Of a DNA stretch of 16,063 nucleotides, positions 1-8,736 are shown piece after piece. Source of the stretch: a virus (lineage: Duplodnaviria > Heunggongvirae > Uroviricota > Caudoviricetes). Each line of letters starts with the position of its first letter. The stretch's first letter is position 1. The position numbers were made by a program, and so were the translations under genes. The stretch lies in the IMG/VR virus record IMGVR_UViG_2609459830_000022; one strand, written 5' to 3'. Below the pieces are notes generated by a model. That model searched no databases, was not told where the DNA came from, and saw only the letters and a list, made by a program, of their open reading frames with translations.

Positions 1-1461
1 ATGAAAAAATTACTGCGTCTTTTTTTCCCGCTCTCACTGCGGGTACGTTTTCTGTTGGCAACGGCTGCGGTAGTACTGGTGCTTTCGCTTGCCTACGGAA
101 TGGTCGCGCTGATCGGTTATAGCGTCAGTTTCGATAAAACTACGTTTCGGCTGTTACGTGGCGAGAGCAATCTGTTCTATACCCTTGCGAAGTGGGAAAA
201 CAATAAGTTGCATGTCGAGTTACCCGAAAATATCGACAAGCAAAGCCCCACCATGACGCTAATTTATGATGAGAACGGGCAGCTTTTATGGGCGCAACGT
301 GACGTGCCCTGGCTGATGAAGATGATCCAGCCTGACTGGCTGAAATCGAATGGTTTTCATGAAATTGAAGCGGATGTTAACGATACCAGCCTCTTGCTGA
401 GTGGAGATCATTCGATACAGCAACAGTTGCAGGAAGTGCGGGAAGATGATGACGACGCGGAGATGACCCACTCGGTGGCAGTAAACGTCTACCCGGCAAC
501 ATCGCGGATGCCAAAATTAACCATTGTGGTGGTGGATACCATTCCGGTGGAGCTAAAAAGTTCCTATATGGTCTGGAGCTGGTTTATCTATGTGCTCTCA
601 GCCAATCTGCTGTTAGTGATCCCGCTGCTGTGGGTCGCCGCCTGGTGGAGTTTACGCCCCATCGAAGCCCTGGCAAAAGAAGTCCGCGAACTGGAAGAAC
701 ATAACCGCGAATTGCTCAATCCAGCCACAACGCGAGAACTGACCAGTCTGGTACGAAACCTGAACCGATTGTTAAAAAGTGAACGCGAACGTTACGACAA
801 ATACCGTACGACGCTCACCGACCTGACCCATAGTCTGAAAACGCCACTGGCGGTGCTGCAAAGTACGCTGCGTTCTCTGCGTAGTGAAAAGATGAGCGTC
901 AGTGATGCTGAGCCGGTAATGCTGGAGCAAATCAGCCGCATTTCACAGCAAATTGGCTACTACCTGCATCGTGCCAGTATGCGCGGCGGGACATTGCTCA
1001 GCCGCGAGCTGCATCCGGTCGCCCCACTGCTGGACAATCTCACCTCAGCGCTGAACAAAGTGTATCAACGCAAAGGGGTCAATATCTCTCTCGATATTTC
1101 GCCAGAGATCAGCTTTGTCGGTGAGCAGAACGATTTTGTCGAGGTGATGGGCAACGTGCTGGATAATGCCTGTAAATATTGCCTCGAGTTTGTCGAAATT
1201 TCTGCAAGGCAAACCGACGAGCATCTCTATATTGTGGTCGAGGATGATGGCCCCGGTATTCCATTAAGCAAGCGAGAGGTCATTTTCGACCGTGGTCAAC
1301 GGGTTGATACTTTACGCCCTGGGCAAGGTGTAGGGCTGGCGGTAGCCCGCGAAATCACCGAGCAATATGAGGGTAAAATCGTCGCCGGAGAGAGCATGCT
1401 GGGCGGTGCGCGGATGGAGGTGATTTTTGGTCGCCAGCATTCTGCGCCGAAAGATGAATAA
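1..1461 (+). CDS. phoQ: Sensor histidine kinase PhoQ (complete, 486 aa)
   Basis: Full-length ORF with ATG at 1 and TAA at 1459-1461. Two N-terminal hydrophobic segments flank a periplasmic domain with the acidic patch EDDDDAE, followed by HAMP, the H-box ([10 protein letters not shown]) and a C-terminal ATPase domain (DDGPGIP, GQGVGL). The sequence is recognised as enterobacterial PhoQ. Confidence 0.97.
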   Translation: MKKLLRLFFPLSLRVRFLLATAAVVLVLSLAYGMVALIGYSVSFDKTTFRLLRGESNLFYTLAKWENNKLHVELPENIDKQSPTMTLIYDENGQLLWAQRDVPWLMKMIQPDWLKSNGFHEIEADVNDTSLLLSGDHSIQQQLQEVREDDDDAEMTHSVAVNVYPATSRMPKLTIVVVDTIPVELKSSYMVWSWFIYVLSANLLLVIPLLWVAAWWSLRPIEALAKEVRELEEHNRELLNPATTRELTSLVRNLNRLLKSERERYDKYRTTLTDLTHSLKTPLAVLQSTLRSLRSEKMSVSDAEPVMLEQISRISQQIGYYLHRASMRGGTLLSRELHPVAPLLDNLTSALNKVYQRKGVNISLDISPEISFVGEQNDFVEVMGNVLDNACKYCLEFVEISARQTDEHLYIVVEDDGPGIPLSKREVIFDRGQRVDTLRPGQGVGLAVAREITEQYEGKIVAGESMLGGARMEVIFGRQHSAPKDE

Positions 1462-1583
1462 ATATGTCCTTTTATCACCACAGCAAGGCAACCCATTGAT
1501 TTAATTAAACAATCCACACTGCAAAAAGTGCTAAAAACAGCAGATTGACTACACTATTAACTACACCGTTCGGTGCACTGTAT

Positions 1584-1611
1584 GAAACAACGTGGAACAA
1601 ATAGACACAAG
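1584..1611. repeat. Phased TTGTT/AACAA repeat cluster, site A (3 units at 10-bp spacing, AACAA on plus strand)
   Basis: gaaacaacgtggaacaaatagacacaag. The reverse complement reads TTGTGTCTAT TTGTTCCACG TTGTTTC and is near-identical to site D (14521..14543). Confidence 0.6.
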
Positions 1612-1951
1612 AAATATACAGGCGGGTAATCTTTCCAGGGGGAAGCGCACCAATTCATGAGGGGCGTTAATGTCGATATGGGGATCCCCATAACGGGGCT
1701 ACCGGATTTTTTTTCCGGTTAACTGTTAATCAGGCTGGTGGGTTTTACCTGTTCGGTAGGTGTTATGATTATCGTAATACCTTTCCCCCAGTGGGGTAAA
1801 AGCTCCAACCGTAACGATGTTCGTTGTGGTTGCCTTGATGGTCTGCGTGGTCATTATGACCATTCAGAATATGAAGGGTGACGCTTCCGACTTCCTCAAA
1901 TTGAGGTTTCCGAAAATATCAGCGGGTTAGCGATTAATCTGACCATTAATT

Positions 1952-1974
1952 AAACTACGAAAATTTCGTAGTTT
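1952..1974. repeat. Perfect 11-bp inverted repeat separated by 1 nt (aaactacgaaa a tttcgtagttt)
   Basis: Read directly from the sequence. It lies about 90 nt downstream of the last minus-strand late gene (stop at 2063) and has no flanking T-tract, so it is not a canonical intrinsic terminator. Confidence 0.5.
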
Positions 1975-2062
1975 GTGAATATATTCCGGCCTTCTGGTTA
2001 ACAGTCCTCAGATGTGAGGGATGTAGCCAGCGCAATTTTGCGTTATCGGGAATATCAGCAAG

Positions 2063-2344
2063 TTACCGCCGTAACCGCTCCGGCTTCTTCCAGTGGTACG
2101 TGATTTTCTCCTTCTCCCGATACAGTTCAACGCGGCGATTGTAGGCCAGCATTTCCAGAACGCGGATCCGTATGTCGCGCATATCCGCATCATTAAGCTG
2201 GATACCATCACGGCGCATCACCTCAGCAACAACACGCGCATAATTTTCGGCTGTCACGCTGTCCGGCTGCGTGGTCTGTTCGTCAGCCTGCTGGCTGATT
2301 CCAGAGACGCGGCGGATTAATCGCAGTATTTCGGCTTCTGTCAT
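2063..2344 (-). CDS. Hypothetical protein (93 aa), last gene of the packaging operon
   Basis: ATG at 2344 preceded by GAGGT Shine-Dalgarno at 7 nt spacing, 14 nt downstream of the TerL stop. No recognisable motif. Confidence 0.5.
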   Translation of the reverse strand: MTEAEILRLIRRVSGISQQADEQTTQPDSVTAENYARVVAEVMRRDGIQLNDADMRDIRIRVLEMLAYNRRVELYREKEKITYHWKKPERLRR

Positions 2345-2357
2345 GCTGCTGACCTCA

Positions 2358-4019
2358 TTACACCCCGCTAAATTCTTCCAGTTTCTGGCGGTGGCTGTCG
2401 CTTATATCAAAAGCAAAATCCTCATGCTCTGCCTGGAATGTACCAAACGCCATCAGCGCCGCTACGCTCGGGTCTATCTTGTTCGGTGATTTTTTCTTGT
2501 TCGGCTTGATATTGGCGTTCGCGTCACTCTGCATCACGACGTTACTCATCGACCAGGACAACACCGGATCGCCACGATGCACAATCACCCTGCGGTTAAC
2601 AAAAACTTCGAACGATTTCGCCGCCGGACTGAATCTGAGGTAGGTTTGCGGGAACGGCTCCACCTCAAAACCTGCCCCCTGTAATTGCGTTCTGAGATGC
2701 GTGGCGTTCCACGTATCAAAGCCCACCAGCCTGATATTAAATTTCTCCGCGTCCTGCATGATGTCATCTCTGATCCGGTCGTAATCAATGCAGTCGCCAG
2801 GCGTTGTGCGTATCCAGCCTGCTTTAGCCCACTGACGATAGATGGCGCGGTTTTTATTGGCGGGGTTCTGTAGCTGAAATTCCGGCAGATAGTGACGGGA
2901 AACCAGCATAATGGTTTTACCGACCGGAAAGGCATAGCACACGCTGGAAATATCGCTGGTTGATGATAAGTCCAGCCCCGCGTAACACTCCTGGCCGTGT
3001 AAATCTTCCTCCGTGAACGTTCCGGCACACTCAGCCCATGCGCCGTTACCCATCCACGGGGTAGTCCCCTGACACCAGATATTAAATCGCTTTGTCATCA
3101 TCTCCACCCACTGCGACGGAATACCCCGCGCTTTCTGGATGGTTGAGGCCAGTTTTTCACGATCCACGGAAACATCGATGTTAGGGTTAGCCTTTATCCA
3201 CATCGCCGGATCATCAACCTCGTTTTCGTCGTCCAGCTCGTAAATCAGTACAAAAATTGAATCGTTGACCTCTTCGCCGTCCAGGATCTGGCAGCAATAA
3301 TCATAGTGCTGCTTACAGGCTGAAACGACGTTACTGCCCGATGTAGTAATGGCAAATAACAGCCCTTCGGGACGTGCGCCCATCCCCAGCTCAAGCGCGG
3401 AATAAACGCCGTTATCGGGGTGTAGGTGGTATTCGTCCACGATGGAAAGGCTGGGGTTTGTTCCCTCGATGGTTGCCGCTTTTGCTGCCAGCGGCTTTAA
3501 CAGGCTGTTGCTTTTCGGGTGCATCACCTTGTGGGCCTGAATATTCACCCGCCTGCGTAACGGTCGGGATAAAAGGCACATCTGACGCGCATCATCAAAA
3601 ACGATCCGCGCCTGGTCACGGCTCACCGCTGCGGTGTAAATATCCTGCTGCCCGTTCTCCATAATCAGAAACCAGTTAGCCAGAATCGCGGCGGTCGTGG
3701 ATTTCGCATTTTTGCGCGGCACTTCGATAAAGGCGCTCGTATATTTGCGCCGTCCGGTGGCCTTAACCTTAAAGCCGAGGATGCACGCAAAGGCGAACTG
3801 CTGCCACGGCTCCAGCTCAATGGGGCTACCGCGCATTGCGCCTTTTACGTGCGGGCACACCCTGGAAAAGGCAATAAACCGCTCCACAACCTCACGATCG
3901 AACGTGTAAAGGGGGCTTTCAAGGTCCGAAAAGTACCGTTTAACGGCCTGTTTCAGCCGTTTACAGGCCGGAATTTTGCCCGTTTTTACGTCTTCTGCGT
4001 ACTTATTCCAGGCGGTCAA
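2358..4019 (-). CDS. Terminase large subunit (HK97/Terminase_1 type), 553 aa
   Basis: Length and overall pattern typical of phage TerL with an N-terminal ATPase region and C-terminal nuclease region. The start is TTG at 4019 preceded by a GAGGA Shine-Dalgarno, overlapping the TerS 3-prime end by 17 nt. Confidence 0.88.
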   Translation of the reverse strand: MTAWNKYAEDVKTGKIPACKRLKQAVKRYFSDLESPLYTFDREVVERFIAFSRVCPHVKGAMRGSPIELEPWQQFAFACILGFKVKATGRRKYTSAFIEVPRKNAKSTTAAILANWFLIMENGQQDIYTAAVSRDQARIVFDDARQMCLLSRPLRRRVNIQAHKVMHPKSNSLLKPLAAKAATIEGTNPSLSIVDEYHLHPDNGVYSALELGMGARPEGLLFAITTSGSNVVSACKQHYDYCCQILDGEEVNDSIFVLIYELDDENEVDDPAMWIKANPNIDVSVDREKLASTIQKARGIPSQWVEMMTKRFNIWCQGTTPWMGNGAWAECAGTFTEEDLHGQECYAGLDLSSTSDISSVCYAFPVGKTIMLVSRHYLPEFQLQNPANKNRAIYRQWAKAGWIRTTPGDCIDYDRIRDDIMQDAEKFNIRLVGFDTWNATHLRTQLQGAGFEVEPFPQTYLRFSPAAKSFEVFVNRRVIVHRGDPVLSWSMSNVVMQSDANANIKPNKKKSPNKIDPSVAALMAFGTFQAEHEDFAFDISDSHRQKLEEFSGV

Positions 4020-4359
4020 GCTCGTCCTCTTCTTCTGTTTCCGGTGGATTTTTACGGCGGCTTATCGGGTCAAAACCGAGCAAAGAGGCCATTTTTATCA
4101 TCACTCTTTCAGCGTCGGATTTTGCGCTTAATGCGGGGTTTCTGCTCTCGCCGCCCTGACTGTTAACAATGCTGAACCCGCGCGCCGCAAGGTCTGCAAC
4201 GGCTTTCCGGTAAATGGAGTAATTGACGCAATACAGTTCCAGATTACTCCAGTCGGCGGGAGTCAGGTCACCCCGTTCCGCAAGCTGCCGCGATTTTTCC
4301 CGCCACTGCTTCACGGCGATATCATCCAGGTAGGCGGGGGCTTTCGGTGGTCTTGCCAT
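4003..4359 (-). CDS. Terminase small subunit, P27 family (118 aa)
   Basis: Sequence pattern (DLTPADWSNLELYCVNYSIYRKA ... LLGFDPISRRK) matches the P27-family phage TerS. ATG at 4359, TAA at 4003-4005, positioned directly upstream of TerL. Confidence 0.82.
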   Translation of the reverse strand: MARPPKAPAYLDDIAVKQWREKSRQLAERGDLTPADWSNLELYCVNYSIYRKAVADLAARGFSIVNSQGGESRNPALSAKSDAERVMIKMASLLGFDPISRRKNPPETEEEDELDRLE

Positions 4360-4399
4360 GCTTATTTTTTCGCCAGATTATTTTTCAAAAAATTCCCGT

Positions 4400-4480
4400 G
4401 CATAAAAATTTGAGGAGGCGTTCGGTTCCCGGCGGGGTCGGGTTTGTCCTGAAAACGCCCCCCACCCCGTCATACAGCCT
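4400..4480. other. Candidate cos / packaging-initiation region between HNH and TerS
   Basis: A 289-bp non-coding gap sits between the HNH stop (4649) and the TerS start (4359). It contains a G/C-rich segment (ccggcggggtcgggtttgtcct ... cgccccccaccccg) flanked by A/T-rich sequence. The HNH-cos-TerS-TerL arrangement is the standard layout in HK97-like cos phages. Confidence 0.4.
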
Positions 4481-4648
4481 CATCAGCGATTGCGGAAACA
4501 TTCCATAACCTCGCGGTCACGGTCGTTTAATCGCGTCGCTGTGATGCGTTCTGCGCGTCCTGATGCTTTATCTTTATGCCCTGTTTCCTGTGCCTTCCAT
4601 GCGTCACGCTGCCTTATCAGTCCACGGATAAGGCGGTTTTGTTCCCGC

Positions 4649-5089
4649 TCATTCATCAGCGTCATACATCCAGTTATTGCGGTTAGCGGCCCGTTCTTCC
4701 TCTTCACGAAATCCACCTGCGGCACGCTTGCTTTTTGTTGCCGGATCAAGCCATTTCGTTTTCTGGTTATGACACGCCTGGCACAATGGCTGATGGTTCC
4801 ATTCGGGCCAGAAGAGAACATCATCACCGCCATTAATCGGGATAATGTGATCCACCACCACGGCGGGCGTATATATCCCCTTCTCAAGGCATCGCACGCA
4901 TAACGGGTTTTTACTCAGATACATGGCGCGGTATTTGTCCCACTGTCTGGAGTACCCACGCGCGCGGCGGTGTCCTCGTCTGGCATCCTCTGCACGCCAT
5001 GCCGCCCGCCTGTGCTCCTCACACTTGCCGGACTTCACGCGCCTGTTACAGCCTGGTTCTGTGCATCGTCTTAATGGTTGCCACGGCAT
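4649..5089 (-). CDS. HNH endonuclease (146 aa), packaging-associated
   Basis: Cys pairs (CTEPGC, CVRC, CQAC) plus the D-H ... N ... H motif (VVVDHIIPINGG ... WNHQPLCQACHNQK). ATGA overlap with the upstream connector gene. Confidence 0.85.
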   Translation of the reverse strand: MPWQPLRRCTEPGCNRRVKSGKCEEHRRAAWRAEDARRGHRRARGYSRQWDKYRAMYLSKNPLCVRCLEKGIYTPAVVVDHIIPINGGDDVLFWPEWNHQPLCQACHNQKTKWLDPATKSKRAAGGFREEEERAANRNNWMYDADE

Positions 5090-5385
5090 CAGTACACCCC
5101 CACATCACGGTAAGCCGTCCAGAGTGCGCCTATCGTCATGGGTACGTGTGTTTTTGCGTTATCCGCGACAATCTGGCGATTCTCATACAGGTGAGCGATA
5201 AACATCATGCAGCCAATCTTTATGGCTGGCGTGAACCCCAGCCCGTCATCAAAGCGCCTGCCTATGTGTATCTGGCACGCCTCAAGCGATGCGGCAATGT
5301 ATCCGCTGATTAACTGGTCTTCCTCGTCGCCATCGATGCGGCAATGGAGTTTCACTTCTTCCAGGGTGATAAGTTCTTCTGTCAT
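5089..5385 (-). CDS. Head-tail connector protein (gp6-like), 98 aa
   Basis: N-terminal LITLEEVKLHCRIDGDEEDQLISGYIAAS pattern typical of the Phage_connect_1 family. ATGA overlap with the upstream adaptor gene. Confidence 0.72.
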   Translation of the reverse strand: MTEELITLEEVKLHCRIDGDEEDQLISGYIAASLEACQIHIGRRFDDGLGFTPAIKIGCMMFIAHLYENRQIVADNAKTHVPMTIGALWTAYRDVGVY

Positions 5386-5720
5386 TTTTCCGCGCCCTCA
5401 CGACAAAGAATTTCAAGGCGTGTCCTGGCGGCATCCGGCAGCGGCTGCCCGATGATATTCAGTACACGCCCCGCCAGCGGCCCCGTATTGACCTTTATCC
5501 GGCTGGTGGCGTTGATGTCCTTCCGGTACCGTATCCAGATCCTTACCGTACCAATCGCCAGCTCTGCACCCGATGAAATGGCCTCCTTGCTGCTGACCAT
5601 GTTCACGCTTGCCCAGAGTGTGTGACCGTCCTCCCACGTTTCGAGTATTTCGCCCGTCATGGCTCTGGTCTGTTTCAGGGTCTGAATCGTTACCCTGTCA
5701 CGCAGTCGCCCTATGTTCAT
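5382..5720 (-). CDS. Head-tail adaptor / head closure protein (112 aa from ATG 5720; alternative ATG at 5762)
   Basis: RVTIQ ... ETWEDGHTLWASV ... pattern of phage head-tail joining proteins. The ATG at 5720 overlaps the portal stop (ATGA coupling). Confidence 0.68.
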   Translation of the reverse strand: MNIGRLRDRVTIQTLKQTRAMTGEILETWEDGHTLWASVNMVSSKEAISSGAELAIGTVRIWIRYRKDINATSRIKVNTGPLAGRVLNIIGQPLPDAARTRLEILCREGAEK

Positions 5721-6928
5721 TCCGGTTTTTCTCCCTCGCTGATTTTTACTTCCTGTTTCCATGCCTGGCTGAACTCATCACCACCATCACGCGGAGACAA
5801 CCCTTCTCGTTCGCGGGCTTCGTTCGGGCACATAACACCGGATTTGATGCCTCGCTCATAGGTGGCAAAGCGTTCGCCAGGAGTGGCCCGTAACAGGTCC
5901 GCGCTGTCAAACTCCACCTGATACCGGATACCAGGTACAGGTGAGGCCACCAGCAGGGCGTTTTTTATCTGCTGCTCAAAGTTCGCCAGCCACGGGCGCA
6001 TCGTCATGGTGAGAAATGCGCGGCTTGCCTCGCTGAAATTGCTGTAGGTGCTGTTGCTGTATTCCTGCAAAAAAATCGGCGAGACGTTGAACATTCGGGC
6101 GATGTCTTCAATGGTGAAGCGACGGGAGGCCAGCCATTCAGCATCCTGATTACTCATGCCCAGCTGCTGATAGCTCATACCCCCTTCAAGGATGGGCGTT
6201 TTTCCGGCGTTTCTGGCCCCTTTATAGCGTTCCAGTGCGGCTAATGCCTGTTTGCCTTTCACGCCGTCCAGCCATTCGCCTGACGTGATAACCCCTGCCG
6301 CCATCATGCCATCACGCATCACGCTCGCGCCGTGGCGTTGTTGGGCCAGCCCAAGCCCCAGCGATTCGCGGCAGATGGTTACAGGTGAGCGCCCCATAAA
6401 GCCGTCATCCGTGGAGTAACGAAGGTGAAGTACTTCCCACGGTAAATAGTTGCGGGTGTTTCCGGTGTAGGCGTCAGTGATGCAATAGCGCCAGTTATGC
6501 TCACCTGTCTGCTCCACGTTCACCGACTGCGGCGGGTAAGGATGCAAAGCGATCGGAAAACCATCACGCCCCCACTGAATCACCGCATAAGCATTACCGT
6601 TTAACAGGCAGTGGCGGATCATCATTCGCTTAAACTGGTAGGGGGTCTGCCATGCGTTCGGGCGCTCGTTGAGGATGTGATCGACCGGATGAGAATCAAG
6701 CCACTCGCGGGCCTCCTTCCCCTTCTCATTGCGTACCAGGTACAGGTAACACGGCATGGTAGCCACCGCCTCAGAGATGACCGTGACGGCGTTCATGACG
6801 GCGGGCAGTGATTCCGCTGTCCCCGATGATACGTACTCACCCGCCCCCGTGTTCGATGTGCCAGCCAGCGCCATAAACTCATCAAGCGTCATGCTGCGCT
6901 GCTCTTTTTTTCTTCTGAAAGGCCACAT
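5717..6928 (-). CDS. Portal protein, HK97 family (403 aa)
   Basis: Size and sequence pattern of HK97-type portal. ATG at 6928 preceded by a GGGGGTG Shine-Dalgarno, 1 nt after the protease stop. Confidence 0.9.
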   Translation of the reverse strand: MWPFRRKKEQRSMTLDEFMALAGTSNTGAGEYVSSGTAESLPAVMNAVTVISEAVATMPCYLYLVRNEKGKEAREWLDSHPVDHILNERPNAWQTPYQFKRMMIRHCLLNGNAYAVIQWGRDGFPIALHPYPPQSVNVEQTGEHNWRYCITDAYTGNTRNYLPWEVLHLRYSTDDGFMGRSPVTICRESLGLGLAQQRHGASVMRDGMMAAGVITSGEWLDGVKGKQALAALERYKGARNAGKTPILEGGMSYQQLGMSNQDAEWLASRRFTIEDIARMFNVSPIFLQEYSNSTYSNFSEASRAFLTMTMRPWLANFEQQIKNALLVASPVPGIRYQVEFDSADLLRATPGERFATYERGIKSGVMCPNEAREREGLSPRDGGDEFSQAWKQEVKISEGEKPE

Positions 6929-6929
6929 A

Positions 6930-7502
6930 TCACACCCCCGCTAAATCCACCCACCAGCGGCGATTATCCGCACGCGGCATTTTTTCGGGGTGCTGCTCAT
7001 ACAGGGAACGGCGGGCCAGCTCCACGCCGGAATCGGGGTAAGCCGGTACCGATGTAACGGTAATTTCGTACAGTTCCGCCACCAGCACGGTGCGCACGCA
7101 TGGATCTGTTGTGGTATCCCATACATCCTTACGGGAGCGAAAGCCAAAGCTCATCCCCGAGATGTCCCCACGCTTAACCAGTTCGATAACGTCGCGCCCT
7201 GTACTGGTATCCGGTGGGGTCAGTTCAAAGCGTAACCCTGTTTCGTCCTCTTCCAGTTTCAGCGTGCCGGAACGGGTGCGCCCCAGTAACATGCTGTGGT
7301 CATGCTCATACAGGCCGCGAACGTCATTACCCGCCGCAAGCCACTCAGTAAACGCCCCCCGCTGGAATTTTTCGTAAAACTCCCCCCATAGCAGTTCTGA
7401 AAGCTTATCCCAGCGAACAACGTAGCCCGTCAGCGTACCGGCTCCGCTGGTAGTGATTTCCGATGACCGGATTTCCATACTCTTCATAATTTTTTCACCC
7501 AT
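6930..7502 (-). CDS. Prohead protease, HK97 family (S78); true start may be ATG 7487
   Basis: HDHSMLLGRT and GDISGMSFGF motifs characteristic of HK97 prohead protease. The first ATG (7502) lacks a Shine-Dalgarno; the second ATG (7487) has GGTGA upstream. Confidence 0.88.
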   Translation of the reverse strand: MGEKIMKSMEIRSSEITTSGAGTLTGYVVRWDKLSELLWGEFYEKFQRGAFTEWLAAGNDVRGLYEHDHSMLLGRTRSGTLKLEEDETGLRFELTPPDTSTGRDVIELVKRGDISGMSFGFRSRKDVWDTTTDPCVRTVLVAELYEITVTSVPAYPDSGVELARRSLYEQHPEKMPRADNRRWWVDLAGV

Positions 7503-7532
7503 AAAACACTAAAGGGGCTTTTAAGCCCCTTC
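7503..7532 (-). terminator. Intrinsic terminator-like hairpin between the major capsid and protease genes
   Basis: Minus-strand RNA reads AAGGGGCUU-AA-AAGCCCCUU (9-bp arms) followed by UAGUGUUUU, immediately after the capsid stop (7542-7544). Confidence 0.5.
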
Positions 7533-7541
7533 TGTATGCTG

Positions 7542-8699
7542 TTAATCGTCGTCCTGTGGCAGTTCCAGAATCTTGATCGCGTTCGAATCCACCACGCCAC
7601 CGCCTAAATATTTCTGCGTGAAAATTTTGATAAAGCCCGGCTCTGTCAGGTTGTCCGGTCTGGTGCGCACGCCCGTTTCATGATCAACGATGTAATAACC
7701 GCGTTTGAAGTCACCCAGGGCGATAACGTTATCCGGCATAAATTCCAGATACTCCACCGGAAGCCCCAGCAACGTATCAGGATCACCCGCCTGTAAACGG
7801 TCGCGCCAGATGTAATCGCCGTTCGCGTTCTTCACCTTCTGAAGTTTTGCCGCCGTCGTGGAGTTAACCACCCAGACCGCGTTTTTGCGGTATTTTTTAC
7901 GTAATGCAAATTTCAGGTCGATCAGCGGGTCCGCAGATGTCCACGCCAGAGATTCGGAAGGTTTAATTACCTGCAACGTACCAAAATCACGCTCTTTGTC
8001 GTTCTTCTCTGCACGGGGTACGGATAAAAAACCTTTTGCTTTTTTGTCACCGTCGCCCACAACCAGATCGCTTTCTTCGGTTTCCGTGAAGGTGTCGCCA
8101 ATCTCACCCGTCAGCCATGAAAGGATGTCCACATCGGAAAAATCCACGATTTCCTGTGTGGTGCGCGGGTACGCATAGACCGGATACAGCTTAATGCTCA
8201 CCTCGTTAATCTGCGGGGTGCTGGTCTGTTCGCGTGCCTTACCCTCTTCACCGTGGTTAACGGTCGCACCGCCAGCGGAAACAAGCTGCTTAAACTCGTT
8301 GCTGCTGATTTTCTTCACGGTACAGATGCGGCGCATGGTGGATTCATCCGTCAGCATTCGCATGATTTCGGTGTTCAGTTCAGGGATAACGGTATAACCA
8401 CCATCAGCGGGAACGCCTGTACTTAATGCGCGGGTTTCACCTGTCAGAATGTAGTTGCGGAGTTCTGCGGGGTCAGTGGTCTGACTGCTTTTACCTGGCT
8501 TGCTGCGCTCTTCGTCTGCAATGGCTTCAAGGCGGGAAATGTCTTTATCGAGGGATTCAGCTTTAGCGCGTAATTCGTCAAATTTTGCGCCCTCAGCATC
8601 GTTAAGACTGCGGTTTTCTTTTTCCGCGTTCTCCAGCATGTCGCGCATCTGATTTTTAATGGCGGTTTTCTGCTGGCGTAATTCGATTATTCTCGGCAT
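7542..8699 (-). CDS. Major capsid protein, HK97 fold, with N-terminal coiled-coil scaffold (delta) domain; 385 aa from ATG 8699
   Basis: N-terminal charged helical region (IIELRQQKTAIKNQMRDMLENAEKENRSLNDAEGAKFDELRAKAESLDKDISRLEAIADEE) followed by a typical HK97-like capsid body. The upstream extension to 8747 in the ORF track starts at GTG and runs through a hairpin, so ATG 8699 is preferred. Confidence 0.9.
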   Translation of the reverse strand: MPRIIELRQQKTAIKNQMRDMLENAEKENRSLNDAEGAKFDELRAKAESLDKDISRLEAIADEERSKPGKSSQTTDPAELRNYILTGETRALSTGVPADGGYTVIPELNTEIMRMLTDESTMRRICTVKKISSNEFKQLVSAGGATVNHGEEGKAREQTSTPQINEVSIKLYPVYAYPRTTQEIVDFSDVDILSWLTGEIGDTFTETEESDLVVGDGDKKAKGFLSVPRAEKNDKERDFGTLQVIKPSESLAWTSADPLIDLKFALRKKYRKNAVWVVNSTTAAKLQKVKNANGDYIWRDRLQAGDPDTLLGLPVEYLEFMPDNVIALGDFKRGYYIVDHETGVRTRPDNLTEPGFIKIFTQKYLGGGVVDSNAIKILELPQDDD

Positions 8700-8736
8700 A
8701 AAAAAAGTCCTGGGATTAAGTAAGGAACTCCAGGAC
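8700..8736 (-). promoter_or_regulatory. Stem-loop plus U7 immediately 5-prime of the capsid start codon; the stem contains the only AGGA Shine-Dalgarno-like motif
   Basis: Minus-strand RNA: GUCCUGG (16-nt loop) CCAGGAC UUUUUUU AUG. Stem arms at 8707-8713 and 8730-8736, T7 at 8700-8706. Confidence 0.5.

Noticed and set aside
286-1517. Minus-strand ORFs 286..471 and 1296..1517
   Set aside because: Antisense to phoQ; no ribosome-binding sites or motifs.
2585-3909. Several 60-150 aa ORFs on both strands inside the TerL gene
   Set aside because: Out-of-frame or antisense to a well-supported 553-aa terminase gene; no independent signals.
4483-4665. Possible 60-aa Arg-rich ORF (minus strand) in the HNH - TerS gap, and the overlapping plus ORF 4490..4903
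   Set aside because: Weak ribosome-binding site, highly basic low-complexity sequence, and the location is better explained as the cos / terminase-binding region. Kept only as a possibility.
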